The position numbers and the translations under genes are program-made. A DNA stretch of 28,339 nucleotides. It comes from Armatimonadota bacterium (GTDB taxonomy: Bacteria; Armatimonadota; Zipacnadia; Zipacnadales; UBA5352). The stretch lies in NCBI GenBank assembly GCA_034722055.1, contig JAYENL010000216.1, forward strand, positions 1 to 28,339, written 5' to 3'. The notes under the pieces are model-generated. The model saw only the letters and a list, made by a program, of their open reading frames with translations. It was not told the origin of the DNA and searched no databases. Shown here in pieces: positions 17,499 to 26,086 of this stretch (position 1 is its first letter; every line of letters begins with the position of its first letter).

Positions 17499-18213
17499 GT
17501 GGACGGACTCGACGTGGAATCCCGTCACGGGCTGCACCAAGATCAGCCCCGGCTGCGACCACTGCTACGCGGAGCGCATGGCGCGGCGGCTCAAGGCCAT
17601 GGGGCAGGAGAAGTACGCCGACGGCTTCGCGGTCCGGACGCATGAAGAGTGCCTCGCAGAGCCCCTGGAGTGGACGAAGCCGCGCGTCATCTTCGTCAAC
17701 TCCATGAGCGATCTGTTCCACAAGCACGTGCCGCTCGACTTTATCCAGGACGTTTTCGCGACCATGCACCAGGCGGATCAGCACATCTTCCAGGTGCTCA
17801 CCAAGCGCTCCGGGCGCATGGCGCAACTGGCGCCGAGCATCGACTGGCCCGAGAATGTGTGGGCGGGCGTCAGCGTGGAGAACCAGGATTACGCCTTCCG
17901 CCTGGATCACCTGCGCAAGGTGCGCGCGCGCATCCGCTTCGTCTCCTTTGAGCCACTCATCGGCCCGATCCGCGACGTGGACCTCACAGGCATCGACTGG
18001 GTGATCGTGGGCGGGGAGTCAGGCCCTGGCGCCCGGCCCATGGCGGAACAGTGGGTGCTTGACCTGAAAACACTGGCCGACGAGGCGAACGCCCCGTTCT
18101 TCTTCAAGCAGTGGGGCGGGACCAATAAGAAGAGGACAGGCCGGGAGCTGCTTGGCCGGACGTGGGACAAGATGCCTGAGAAGGCGAGTGGCCAGCCCGC
18201 TCTCTCGGCCTGA
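17479..18213 (+). CDS. Phage Gp37/Gp68 family (DUF5131) three-Cys radical-SAM-like protein (244 aa)
   Basis: [27 protein letters not shown] (CX6CX2C), [41 protein letters not shown]. AGGAG RBS; overlaps tcmP by 20 nt. Confidence 0.92.
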   Translation: [244 protein letters not shown]

Positions 18214-18218
18214 TGCTA

Positions 18219-18785
18219 CTACGCCTGCAGCATCTCCGCCAGCTTCCGGAAGTCCTCGCGGGTCCTCTGTTCCGGCTCGGGGAAGCGCATGGCCGAGGCC
18301 GGGTGGTAGGTGATCACCCACTCCCGTCCGTCGCGCTCCCGGACCTGGCCGTGGACGTCCCTCAGCTTCGCGCGCTCGTCGAAGAGGGCGGCGAAGGCCA
18401 CGCCCCCGAGGATCACGATGATTTTGGGGTCCACCAGCTCGATCTGATCCCAGAGCCAGGTGCCGATGCACGTCTCCAGCTCATCGGCGCGGGGATTGCG
18501 GTTGTCCGGCGGCCGGCACTTGATGACCGAGGTGATGTAGATCGCGTCCCGGTCGAGGCCGACGTCGGCCAGCACCTCGTCGAGGAACCTCCCCGACATC
18601 CCGACGAACGGCCGGCCCTGCTGGTCCTCTCTGGCGCCGGGCGCCTCGCCGATGAACATGCATCTCGCGTCCGCCGGCCCCTCGCCCGGCACCGCATGTG
18701 TGCGGCTCTCGTGCAGCCGGCACTTCCGGCAGCGCTGAATCCCGTGATGGATGCTGTCGAGTCTCTGGCGCGCGCTCTTCGGCAC
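18219..18785 (-). CDS. Uracil-DNA glycosylase, family 4 (Fe-S)
   Basis: CRKCRL, GEAPG...GRPFVG, KCRPPDNRNP, TYHPAS. GTG start with GGGAG RBS. Confidence 0.92.
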   Translation of the reverse strand: MPKSARQRLDSIHHGIQRCRKCRLHESRTHAVPGEGPADARCMFIGEAPGAREDQQGRPFVGMSGRFLDEVLADVGLDRDAIYITSVIKCRPPDNRNPRADELETCIGTWLWDQIELVDPKIIVILGGVAFAALFDERAKLRDVHGQVRERDGREWVITYHPASAMRFPEPEQRTREDFRKLAEMLQA

Positions 18786-18788
18786 GGT

Positions 18789-19769
18789 CTACTCCCTTGG
18801 CCAGTCCATCCTCCACGGGTCGCGGCGGCGGAAGGGCCGGTCGAAGGTGTTCGTCAGCTTGCCCTGCTCCTCCAGGTGGACCATGCAGGCCCGGATGCAG
18901 CCCTTCGCGCCCTCCAGCGCCCGCCCGTAGTCGTAGGTCGGCCCGATCTTGTAGCGCTGCCCCTGGCTCACCGGCTGCTGGAAGCCCTCCCTGTCCTCCT
19001 CGGTGACCATGAACGGATTATGCTCGGGGGAGGCGCCGCAGAAGTAGCGACTGCAGACGGTGTAGTCGATGTCCGCCCACCGTACCGTGCGGCCGGCGAT
19101 GCTGATTTCCACGCAGTCCTCCTCGTCGGTGGGGATGGCCCCACCGGTGCACTCCTCGGCGCAGGCCATGCACATGTCGCACAGCTCCGGGCCATCGTAG
19201 AGGGGATCGGGCTCCAGCGGCGCATCGGTGAGGATGATCGCGAGCCGCTGCCGCGGTCCGAACTTCGGGGAGATGAACATCTTCGACCAGCCGATCTCCC
19301 CCAGGCCCGCCATGTACCCCGCCAGGCGCAGGTGGGTGAAGACGTCCGGCGCCGGCTTGCCCGGTGAGACGGGCAGGCTCCGCGCCGGATTGTGCCTGCC
19401 GGTGCGCTCGGGGTTCTGGCCGCTGGAGTCCGTGTTGGTCCACGGGAAGTTGTTGGCGATGGGCACGGCCTCGTAGCCGGCGTCCTCGATCATGGCAGTG
19501 ACGCGCCACAGGACCATCGGCTGCAGCACGTGGTTGATCGCCGCGTAGCCCATGGAGGCGTAGGAGACGTAGAACGTCCCCTCCTCGATGCCCCGCAGCG
19601 AGCCGCGCGGGATGCGGAAGCCCATGGCGATCATCGACTTCGCGTCGGGGGCGATGTAGCGGGCGTCACACTGCTTCGGCGCCCCCTCCCAGCGGTCCAT
19701 GGGCGCGATGCCGACCAGGTCAGCGCCCATCTGGAGTGCGTAGTCCTTGACGTCTTGCGCCTTGAGCAT
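18789..19769 (-). CDS. QueG / reductive-dehalogenase-like 4Fe-4S (possibly cobalamin-binding) protein
   Basis: GADLVGIA, AGLGEIGWS, PKFGPRQRLAIILTDAPLEPD, CDMCMACAEEC ferredoxin motif. Confidence 0.75.
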   Translation of the reverse strand: MLKAQDVKDYALQMGADLVGIAPMDRWEGAPKQCDARYIAPDAKSMIAMGFRIPRGSLRGIEEGTFYVSYASMGYAAINHVLQPMVLWRVTAMIEDAGYEAVPIANNFPWTNTDSSGQNPERTGRHNPARSLPVSPGKPAPDVFTHLRLAGYMAGLGEIGWSKMFISPKFGPRQRLAIILTDAPLEPDPLYDGPELCDMCMACAEECTGGAIPTDEEDCVEISIAGRTVRWADIDYTVCSRYFCGASPEHNPFMVTEEDREGFQQPVSQGQRYKIGPTYDYGRALEGAKGCIRACMVHLEEQGKLTNTFDRPFRRRDPWRMDWPRE

Positions 19770-19810
19770 GGCGGTATCTCCCCGTAGTGGATGGTGTCGG
19801 TCCGCCCATC

Positions 19811-19835
19811 TTCACTGCACGGCCGGCGGAGTCCT
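19811..19835 (-). promoter_or_regulatory. AGG-N19-GAA sigma-H-like promoter motif (QueG-like/UDG unit)
   Basis: Minus strand GAAGG-actccgccggccgtgcagt-GAA, 41 nt before ATG 19769. Confidence 0.55.
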
Positions 19836-19842
19836 TCCTCGC

Positions 19843-19867
19843 AGGTCACGCGGCCGGCCCTGCGGAA
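19843..19867 (+). promoter_or_regulatory. AGG-N19-GAA sigma-H-like promoter motif (DUF6259 gene)
   Basis: GCAGG-tcacgcggccggccctgcg-GAA, 39 nt before ATG 19907. Back-to-back with the minus-strand copy. Confidence 0.55.
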
Positions 19868-19906
19868 GGTCGGTGCAGACAGCAACGACCGTGGGGAGGC
19901 GATGAG

Positions 19907-22603
19907 ATGCAGCGACTGATGGTGCTGGTGCTGGCGTGCTCGCTGGCGTGTGTCGCCGGCGCGCAGCGGAACCTGGTGGCCAATCCCGGCTTCGAGGACG
20001 GGCTGGAGGGCTGGCGGTTCTGGGGCGGAGGTGCGGGGGGCCGGGTGCTGCTGGAGACCGAGGATGTGCACTCCGGCACCGGCGCCCTGCGCCTGACGAA
20101 CCCCGATGCCGCCAGGGTCCGCGCCTACCAGGGCGGCGTGCAGCTCAACCAGCTCCAGCCACGCCCCCTGCACCTGAGCTACTGGGTGAAGCGCACATCC
20201 GACGCCCCCGACGCGCTGCAGTGCATCGACCTCTACTGCACCAACCAGGACGGCTCGCGCGCGGGCTACTTCCGCAACACCAGCGTGGACGATGTCGGCG
20301 AGTGGGTGCACATGGAGCACACCTTCACGCCCGCCAAGCCCATCGCGCAGATGAACGTGTGGCCGCTGAACTTCGACACCACCGCCGATGTGATCTTCGA
20401 CGACATCATCGTGACCGTGGAGCCTGCCCCCTCCCTTCCGGCGGAGGAGCTGGCGGCCGTCCGCGGCGACTCGCTGCAGTTGCGGGTGCTGGCGGCTAAG
20501 GGGCGCGTGGGCCTGCGCGACCTGCGGCGGCCGGGCGATGGGCGCAGCTACCTCGCCGGGGAGCCAGCGATCCGCAGCGACACCAACCTCTGGTCCGCGG
20601 AGCTGGTCTCCGCCGACGGCAGGCGCGTGCTGGTCGTCCCCGACCAGCGGGCGGAGCTGATCGTTGAGGCCGAGGCGGGGGCGGCCAGCATCGTCTGGCG
20701 CAACGTGCACATCGGTGAGGAGCCGGCGCTGGACGTGCAGGTGCGGGTGCGCATCGCCGAGGATCAGCCTCTGGCATATCTCACGGCGCGGGTGCAGGTG
20801 ACCGCCGACGGCTGGGGCCTGCGGCGGCTGCGCATGCCGGCGCTGGCCGAGATGCCCCCGCTGGGCGAGACGCCGCGGGACGATGCCGTGGCCTGGCCGC
20901 AGGGACTCGGCCGCCTGATGAAGCATCCTGAAGCCACCCTCGCCGGCCTGCACCTGAGCTACCCGTCCAGCCGGGCGTCAATGCAGATGCTTTCGTGGCA
21001 TGACCCCGACGGTGGGCTCTACCTCGCCGCCCACGACGGTGAGGGCTACTACAAGCTCTTCGACCTGGGGCTGGAGATGACGCGGGGGCTGAGCTGGTCG
21101 GTGACGCACGTGCCGGAGGGCGCCGGGCCGAGCTGCACGGAGTATGAGAGCCCTTGGCCGGCCGTGATCGGCGTCGCCGAGGGCGGATGGTACGGGGCCG
21201 CACAGCTCTACCGGCGGTGGGCGCTGGATCAGAAGTGGTGTGCCAAGGGGCCGCTTGCCGAGCGCGACCTCCCGCAGACGGTGCGGGAGACCGCGCTGTG
21301 GATGGTGGGCTGCATGCTCCGCCAGCCGGCGGCTGATTTCCCGCGCCCGGAGCTCAGCCCCGACGAGATGCGCTCCATCTCAGCCGAGCGCCTGCGGGAG
21401 ATCTCGCCGGGCATGCTCCCGGATACGAATGGCCGGCGGGCGGAGGCCTTCGCCGGGTACTTCGACGTGCCGGTGGCGTGGTGGTGGACGACGTGGATGC
21501 TGCCGGGCTTCGATGTCCGGCACGGCGCACAGGTGGCGCCGAGGGGCTTTGAGGAGACGGCCCGCGCCGTCAGCCGGGCCGGCGTGCCCGTGATGCCCTA
21601 CGTGAACATCAGGCGCTTCGACACCGGCCTGGCGGCCTTCGACGAGCAGATGCACAGGGGTGCGGTGGTCACGCAGGAGGGCGAGGTCGCCACCAGCCCG
21701 ACCAAGGGCGTGCCCGCGGCCGTGATGTGCCCCGCCAGCGAGACGTGGCAGGAGTACTTCCCGCGCTACTGCCGCAGCTTCGTGGAGCGGGGTGCCGACG
21801 GCCTCTACGTCGATGAGCTGGGCACCGCGGGCGTGGTGCCCTGCCATGCCGATCACCACAACCACCCGGCTGGCGGCGGCACGCACTGGATCGACGGCCG
21901 GCGGGAGATCATGCGGCGCATTCATGAGCTGTGCAGCGAGATCCAGCCCCAGTTCTTCACCGGCGGCGAGGAGCCCTGCGAGCCCTACATCGACGTCAAC
22001 GAGTACGCCTTCACCTACGGCTCGCGGGAGCCCGACACCATCCCCCTGTGGCAGGCGGTCTATCACGACTACGCGGTGTGCGCCGGGCGGCCCGTGGGCA
22101 AGTGGTACGACCCCTACTCCGAGCGCGTTCACTACCCCGAGGAGCTGCGCGGCGGGGACGTGCGCATGGATGAGTTCGTGACCGCCATGGGTCAGGCGGT
22201 GGTGCAGGGCATCCAGCCGGGCTGGGTGCGCCCGGACATCGTCAGCTACGCCCCGGAGACCTCCCGGTACCTGCGACGCCTGGCGCAGTTCTACGCCTCG
22301 GCGAGGCCGTGGCTGCTCTACGGCCGGATGCTGCCGCCGCCGCGGATCGCCACGGAGCTGCCCGTGGTGCGCTCGCGATGGATGTACAAGCGACGCCTGC
22401 CGGTGGAGCTGCCGGCGGTCCTGGGTTCGGCGTGGCGGGCGCCTGACGGCGCGGTGGTGCTGGTCTTTGCGAACGTCTCGGAGGAGGAGCACACCGTCGA
22501 GCTCGCCATCGAGCCTGAGCAGTACGGCCTTCCCGACAACGCCGATCCGGGCGAGCTGACCATCCCGGCCCGCGACTTCCTGCTGGTGCCGCTCGGGCCA
22601 TGA
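19907..22603 (+). CDS. Secreted CBM + DUF6259 (GH-like) protein (898 aa)
   Basis: Signal peptide, 'NLVANPGFE' CBM start, ASMQ, GLYLAAHD, WYGAAQLYRRWA, MCPAS, DGLYVDELG, HNHPAGGG, IPLWQAVYHDY. GGAGG RBS. Confidence 0.75.
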   Translation: MQRLMVLVLACSLACVAGAQRNLVANPGFEDGLEGWRFWGGGAGGRVLLETEDVHSGTGALRLTNPDAARVRAYQGGVQLNQLQPRPLHLSYWVKRTSDAPDALQCIDLYCTNQDGSRAGYFRNTSVDDVGEWVHMEHTFTPAKPIAQMNVWPLNFDTTADVIFDDIIVTVEPAPSLPAEELAAVRGDSLQLRVLAAKGRVGLRDLRRPGDGRSYLAGEPAIRSDTNLWSAELVSADGRRVLVVPDQRAELIVEAEAGAASIVWRNVHIGEEPALDVQVRVRIAEDQPLAYLTARVQVTADGWGLRRLRMPALAEMPPLGETPRDDAVAWPQGLGRLMKHPEATLAGLHLSYPSSRASMQMLSWHDPDGGLYLAAHDGEGYYKLFDLGLEMTRGLSWSVTHVPEGAGPSCTEYESPWPAVIGVAEGGWYGAAQLYRRWALDQKWCAKGPLAERDLPQTVRETALWMVGCMLRQPAADFPRPELSPDEMRSISAERLREISPGMLPDTNGRRAEAFAGYFDVPVAWWWTTWMLPGFDVRHGAQVAPRGFEETARAVSRAGVPVMPYVNIRRFDTGLAAFDEQMHRGAVVTQEGEVATSPTKGVPAAVMCPASETWQEYFPRYCRSFVERGADGLYVDELGTAGVVPCHADHHNHPAGGGTHWIDGRREIMRRIHELCSEIQPQFFTGGEEPCEPYIDVNEYAFTYGSREPDTIPLWQAVYHDYAVCAGRPVGKWYDPYSERVHYPEELRGGDVRMDEFVTAMGQAVVQGIQPGWVRPDIVSYAPETSRYLRRLAQFYASARPWLLYGRMLPPPRIATELPVVRSRWMYKRRLPVELPAVLGSAWRAPDGAVVLVFANVSEEEHTVELAIEPEQYGLPDNADPGELTIPARDFLLVPLGP

Positions 22604-22609
22604 CCTCGA

Positions 22610-22633
22610 AGGGGAAGAGGCCCGAGGGTCGAA
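22610..22633 (+). promoter_or_regulatory. AGG-N18-GAA sigma-H-like promoter motif
   Basis: GAAGG-ggaagaggcccgagggtc-GAA, 42 nt before ATG 22676. Confidence 0.5.
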
Positions 22634-22675
22634 CGTGCATGTGCGCGAGATAGAGATCCTATGGAGGCGAAACGC

Positions 22676-23704
22676 ATGGAGTATCGACAGCTCGGCGACA
22701 GTGGCGTTCGGGTCTCGAAGCTGTGCCTGGGGACCATGAACTTCGGAGGCAGGACCGACGAGGAGGAGGCGCAGCGCATCATCGACACGGCCATCGACGG
22801 GGGCATCAACTTCATCGACACCGCCGACGTCTACGCCCGCGGCATCTCGGAGGAGTTCACCGGCCGGGCCCTGCAGGCCAACGGCAAGCGCGATGACGTG
22901 GTGCTGGCGACGAAGGCCGTGGCCCGCATGGGCCGTGGGCCGAACGACCACGGCGCCAGCCGCTTTCACCTCACGCGGGCGGTGGAGGACTCCCTGCGAC
23001 GGCTGCAGACCGATCGCATCGACCTGTTCTATCTGCACATCACCGACATCACCACGCCCATCGAGGAGACGCTGGACACCCTCAACACGCTGGTCGATCA
23101 GGGAAAGATCCTCTATGTGGGGACCTCCAAGTGGCCGGTGCCGCTGCTCATGGAGGCGCTCTGGAAGGCCGATAAGATGGGCGGGCCGCAGATCGTGGCT
23201 GAGCAGCCGCCATACAACCTCACCGACCGCCGCGCCGAGATGGAGCTGGTGTGGACCGCGCAGCGCTACGGGCTGGCACTCGTGACATTCGGGCCGCTCG
23301 CCGGCGGCGTGCTCAGCGGCATCTACCGGAAGGATCAGCCCATTCCGGAGGGCCATCGCTTCAAGGAGGTGGGGCAGAAGGACGGCCACGACCGCTTCAC
23401 GGAGAAGGTCCTGGACCTGGTGGAGGAGCTGATCCCGCTGGCTGAGGAGCGCGGGATCACTCTCGCGGAGTTCTCGCTGGCGTGGTGCGCGCAGCGGCCG
23501 GGCATCACCTCGCCGATCACCGGGCCGCGGACGGTGGAGCACGTGGAGTCGGCGCTGCGCGCCGCAGAGGTGGAGCTGACGGAGGAGGAGATGGACCGGG
23601 TGGACGAGATCATCCCGCCGGGCGAGGCGGTCACCAACTACTTCACGCTCTACGAGCGCATGTGCCGGGCGGTCAACAAGCCGGAGCCGCTGAACCCGTT
23701 CTGA
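22676..23704 (+). CDS. Aldo/keto reductase (342 aa)
   Basis: MEYRQLG..LCLGTMNFG, FIDTADVY, LATKA, IDLFYLH tetrad. GGAGG RBS before ATG 22676. Confidence 0.93.
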   Translation: MEYRQLGDSGVRVSKLCLGTMNFGGRTDEEEAQRIIDTAIDGGINFIDTADVYARGISEEFTGRALQANGKRDDVVLATKAVARMGRGPNDHGASRFHLTRAVEDSLRRLQTDRIDLFYLHITDITTPIEETLDTLNTLVDQGKILYVGTSKWPVPLLMEALWKADKMGGPQIVAEQPPYNLTDRRAEMELVWTAQRYGLALVTFGPLAGGVLSGIYRKDQPIPEGHRFKEVGQKDGHDRFTEKVLDLVEELIPLAEERGITLAEFSLAWCAQRPGITSPITGPRTVEHVESALRAAEVELTEEEMDRVDEIIPPGEAVTNYFTLYERMCRAVNKPEPLNPF

Positions 23705-23924
23705 CCGGGGACGGCGCAAGCAATATTGCCCGTGGCACCGAATCCGCCCACTGACTGAAGGCCACGGCATGGCGGCTCACGAGATCCCCGACCTGTGCAC
23801 GATAGCGCGCATCCGGGAGCTGTCATGCCGCACGGGGTAGGTCGATGTTCAGCAGCGTGCGCTACCGCGGAGTGTCGGGCACCGAGGCTGACCAGAGCGA
23901 CGCGATGGTGGCACAGGGCGAGTA

Positions 23925-25241
23925 TCACTGGCCCTCCCCCACCAGACCTCGGTAGCGCTCAACCATCGCGGCCAGCAGCCCCGTCGCACGTTCGGCGCGT
24001 TCCTGCGTCCAGCCGTTCTCCCGCGGCGGATCCGGCGCGTACGCGACGTGCGTGTCCACCATCTCATTCCAACTGTATAAGCCGAAGCCGCCGGCCAGCG
24101 CGGCGGCCTGGCGGGCGTAGGTGCGGACCGCGCGGTCAAACTCGTCGGTGCCCGCCGGGATGTCCCAGTCCGAGTAGGTGCGGTAGGTGAGGATAAAGCG
24201 CTGGCCGGTCCGCTCCCGCGCCTGCTTGAGGGCCTCGATCTCGGCAGCGTTGAGCGGGCCCGTGCAGCGGAACAGCACGATGTCCGCGTAGCCGTTGGCC
24301 GACGGGTTCGCCCCGTAGGTGATCCGATAAGCGCGCGCGTGGGGATGCTCGCTCCCATACTGGTATGGGATCTCGGCGAGGACCAGCACCTCCGGATGCT
24401 GCTGGCGGACGCGCCGGGCCATGGCGCCAAGCCCGACTGAGATCATACGGGCGCGGAACTCCACATGGTCCTCGACCGCCACGGGGTGCTCGGCGTTGCC
24501 GTTGGGCGCGCCCTCGTAGTCGAAGATTCGCGTGTCACGAGGATCGATCGCATCGAAGGCCCCGTAGTCGGTCCCCCACACATCGTTGAGCGCCTCCACA
24601 GTCCCATACCGCTGACGCAGATAGGATCGGAATCGCCGGTTGGTCCGCTCGTCGAAGCCGCCGCGCCATGCTGTCTCCACGCCCAGGCAGATGACCGGAC
24701 GCGCCGTCCCCTCGCCCCACCGCAGGTGCAGCAGCGTCTCGTCGCGATAGCGCTCGAGGTAGTCGAGCGCGTAGGAGGCGCCGAACCGTATCGTCTGCTG
24801 ATCGTAGATGAGAACGCCCGCGCGCTCCCCCGACTGATCCTCGCTGACCGGTATTCTCGTCCCGTACCACTGCTCCGCCAGCGCCAGCCGCTCCGGCAGG
24901 GCCACGTCTCCGAAGCTCTTCAGACTCAGCCACGGGATAATCCCCATCCCGGCCTGCTTGGCCAGCCGATGCTCGCGGTCGAGCCAGCGCCAGTCCCCTG
25001 CGATGGCCTGCGACCACTCGTGGTCGAGGCAGACCGTGTTCACGCCCATCCCGCGCAGCATCTGGAGGTCATCGGCCACGGCCTGGTCGCTGGTGCGCCA
25101 CGGCTCCCACCAGTGGCCAAAGTAATAGATGCACACCAGCGGCTCGCCATCGGGCAGCCGCACGGGCTCGTGGGCGCATGCGCAGCATGCGCAGAGCACG
25201 GCCGCCGCAGGCAGCGTGATTCTCAGATGGAGTCCCGGCAT
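23925..25241 (-). CDS. Secreted GH42/beta-galactosidase-like TIM-barrel protein (about 438 aa)
   Basis: 'DLQMLRGMGVNTV', 'FRSYLRQRYGTVEALNDVWGTDY', 'DHVEFR', 'YSWNEM'. Hydrophobic N-terminus; start uncertain (ATG 25241). Confidence 0.7.
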   Translation of the reverse strand: MPGLHLRITLPAAAVLCACCACAHEPVRLPDGEPLVCIYYFGHWWEPWRTSDQAVADDLQMLRGMGVNTVCLDHEWSQAIAGDWRWLDREHRLAKQAGMGIIPWLSLKSFGDVALPERLALAEQWYGTRIPVSEDQSGERAGVLIYDQQTIRFGASYALDYLERYRDETLLHLRWGEGTARPVICLGVETAWRGGFDERTNRRFRSYLRQRYGTVEALNDVWGTDYGAFDAIDPRDTRIFDYEGAPNGNAEHPVAVEDHVEFRARMISVGLGAMARRVRQQHPEVLVLAEIPYQYGSEHPHARAYRITYGANPSANGYADIVLFRCTGPLNAAEIEALKQARERTGQRFILTYRTYSDWDIPAGTDEFDRAVRTYARQAAALAGGFGLYSWNEMVDTHVAYAPDPPRENGWTQERAERATGLLAAMVERYRGLVGEGQ

Positions 25242-25389
25242 CTCACACCCCCAATGAGGCCCCCGTTGTCGCTTGCTCTCGGAGCTCTTTGATCGTCTCG
25301 GGACTCGGCCCGAAGAGCCCGACCTGGACACCTGTAAGTGGCCTTCTTTTCTGCCTGCGCGCCCGGCGCCGTGCAGACGCGGGCTGCCG

Positions 25390-25827
25390 CTATCGGTCAG
25401 CAGCTTCGCCGGCGCCTTCGCGCAGACGGCTCACCTTTCCCCGCGTGGGACCGAATACGCCGAGGGGGACATCGCGCTCGAGCAGGTACCGTCGAGCGCG
25501 GATCCACAGGACCACCACCGGGATGAGCCCCAGGGGGAAAAGGACCCAGACCAGGGCCCAGAATAGCGGCCAGCGCGTGCCGAGCCCTGCGGCGATCCGG
25601 TAGATGCTGTCCGCCAGAATGATGCCCACGAGTAGCGTGGGAAAGCCCCAGGCAAAGAGGGCCGGATCCGCAACCTCCACCTCGCCATACCGCGCCTCGT
25701 AGAGCTGATACCCGGCCACCAGCGCGAGCATCACCGGAAACCAGATGCTCAGCGTGCGCAGCCCGGCTGCGACATTGTAAATGCGGCCATCGTCGGTCCC
25801 TGCTGGCAGCGCATCGTCCATGGACAT
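25390..25827 (-). CDS. Small integral membrane protein (about 145 aa, about 3 TM segments)
   Basis: Hydrophobic stretches LSIWFPVMLALVAGY, LFAWGFPTLLVGIILA, LFWALVWVLFPLGLIPVVVLWI. Promoter motif upstream. Confidence 0.6.
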   Translation of the reverse strand: MSMDDALPAGTDDGRIYNVAAGLRTLSIWFPVMLALVAGYQLYEARYGEVEVADPALFAWGFPTLLVGIILADSIYRIAAGLGTRWPLFWALVWVLFPLGLIPVVVLWIRARRYLLERDVPLGVFGPTRGKVSRLREGAGEAADR

Positions 25828-25871
25828 CGGCTGCCCCCGGCTTGCTGGCGGTCCGTTGCCATGACCGATGC

Positions 25872-25896
25872 TTCTCCAACGGGTCACCTGGAACCT
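25872..25896 (-). promoter_or_regulatory. AGG-N19-GAA sigma-H-like promoter motif
   Basis: Minus strand GGAGG-ttccaggtgacccgttgga-GAA, 44 nt before ATG 25827. Confidence 0.5.
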
Positions 25897-26018
25897 CCGT
25901 GGATCGCCTCAGAACCGTCCGGCCCTGCTGGGCGATGCCCGGCACGGGGCGCGCTCCAGGCGAAGGCAGCCTCGGGAGTTCTCACCCATGAAGAGAGAGT
26001 GGACAGACAAGGATGGCC

Positions 26019-26047
26019 TTGACTTCGCTTGGCGACGGCAATACCCT
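26019..26047 (+). promoter_or_regulatory. Sigma-70/sigma-A-like promoter
   Basis: TTGACT (26019-26024), 17-nt spacer, TACCCT (26042-26047). Confidence 0.5.
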
Positions 26048-26086
26048 TCGGCGCGAAGGAGATCACAGACAAAGTGGAGGGTTCGA

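Noticed and set aside
16200..18220. Prophage or integrated element around the 'phage Gp37/Gp68' gene
   Set aside because: No integrase, structural genes, tRNA or flanking att-like repeats were seen. The family name alone does not imply a prophage.
18789..19769. Calling this gene queG or a reductive dehalogenase
   Set aside because: Atypical second cluster motif, no Tat signal and no membrane-anchor gene; only superfamily-level similarity is supportable.
21380..23770. 796-aa minus-strand ORF
   Set aside because: Antisense shadow of the DUF6259 and AKR genes.
23745..23790. Hammerhead ribozyme suggested by CTGACTGA
   Set aside because: Does not match CUGANGA, and there is no properly placed GAAA.
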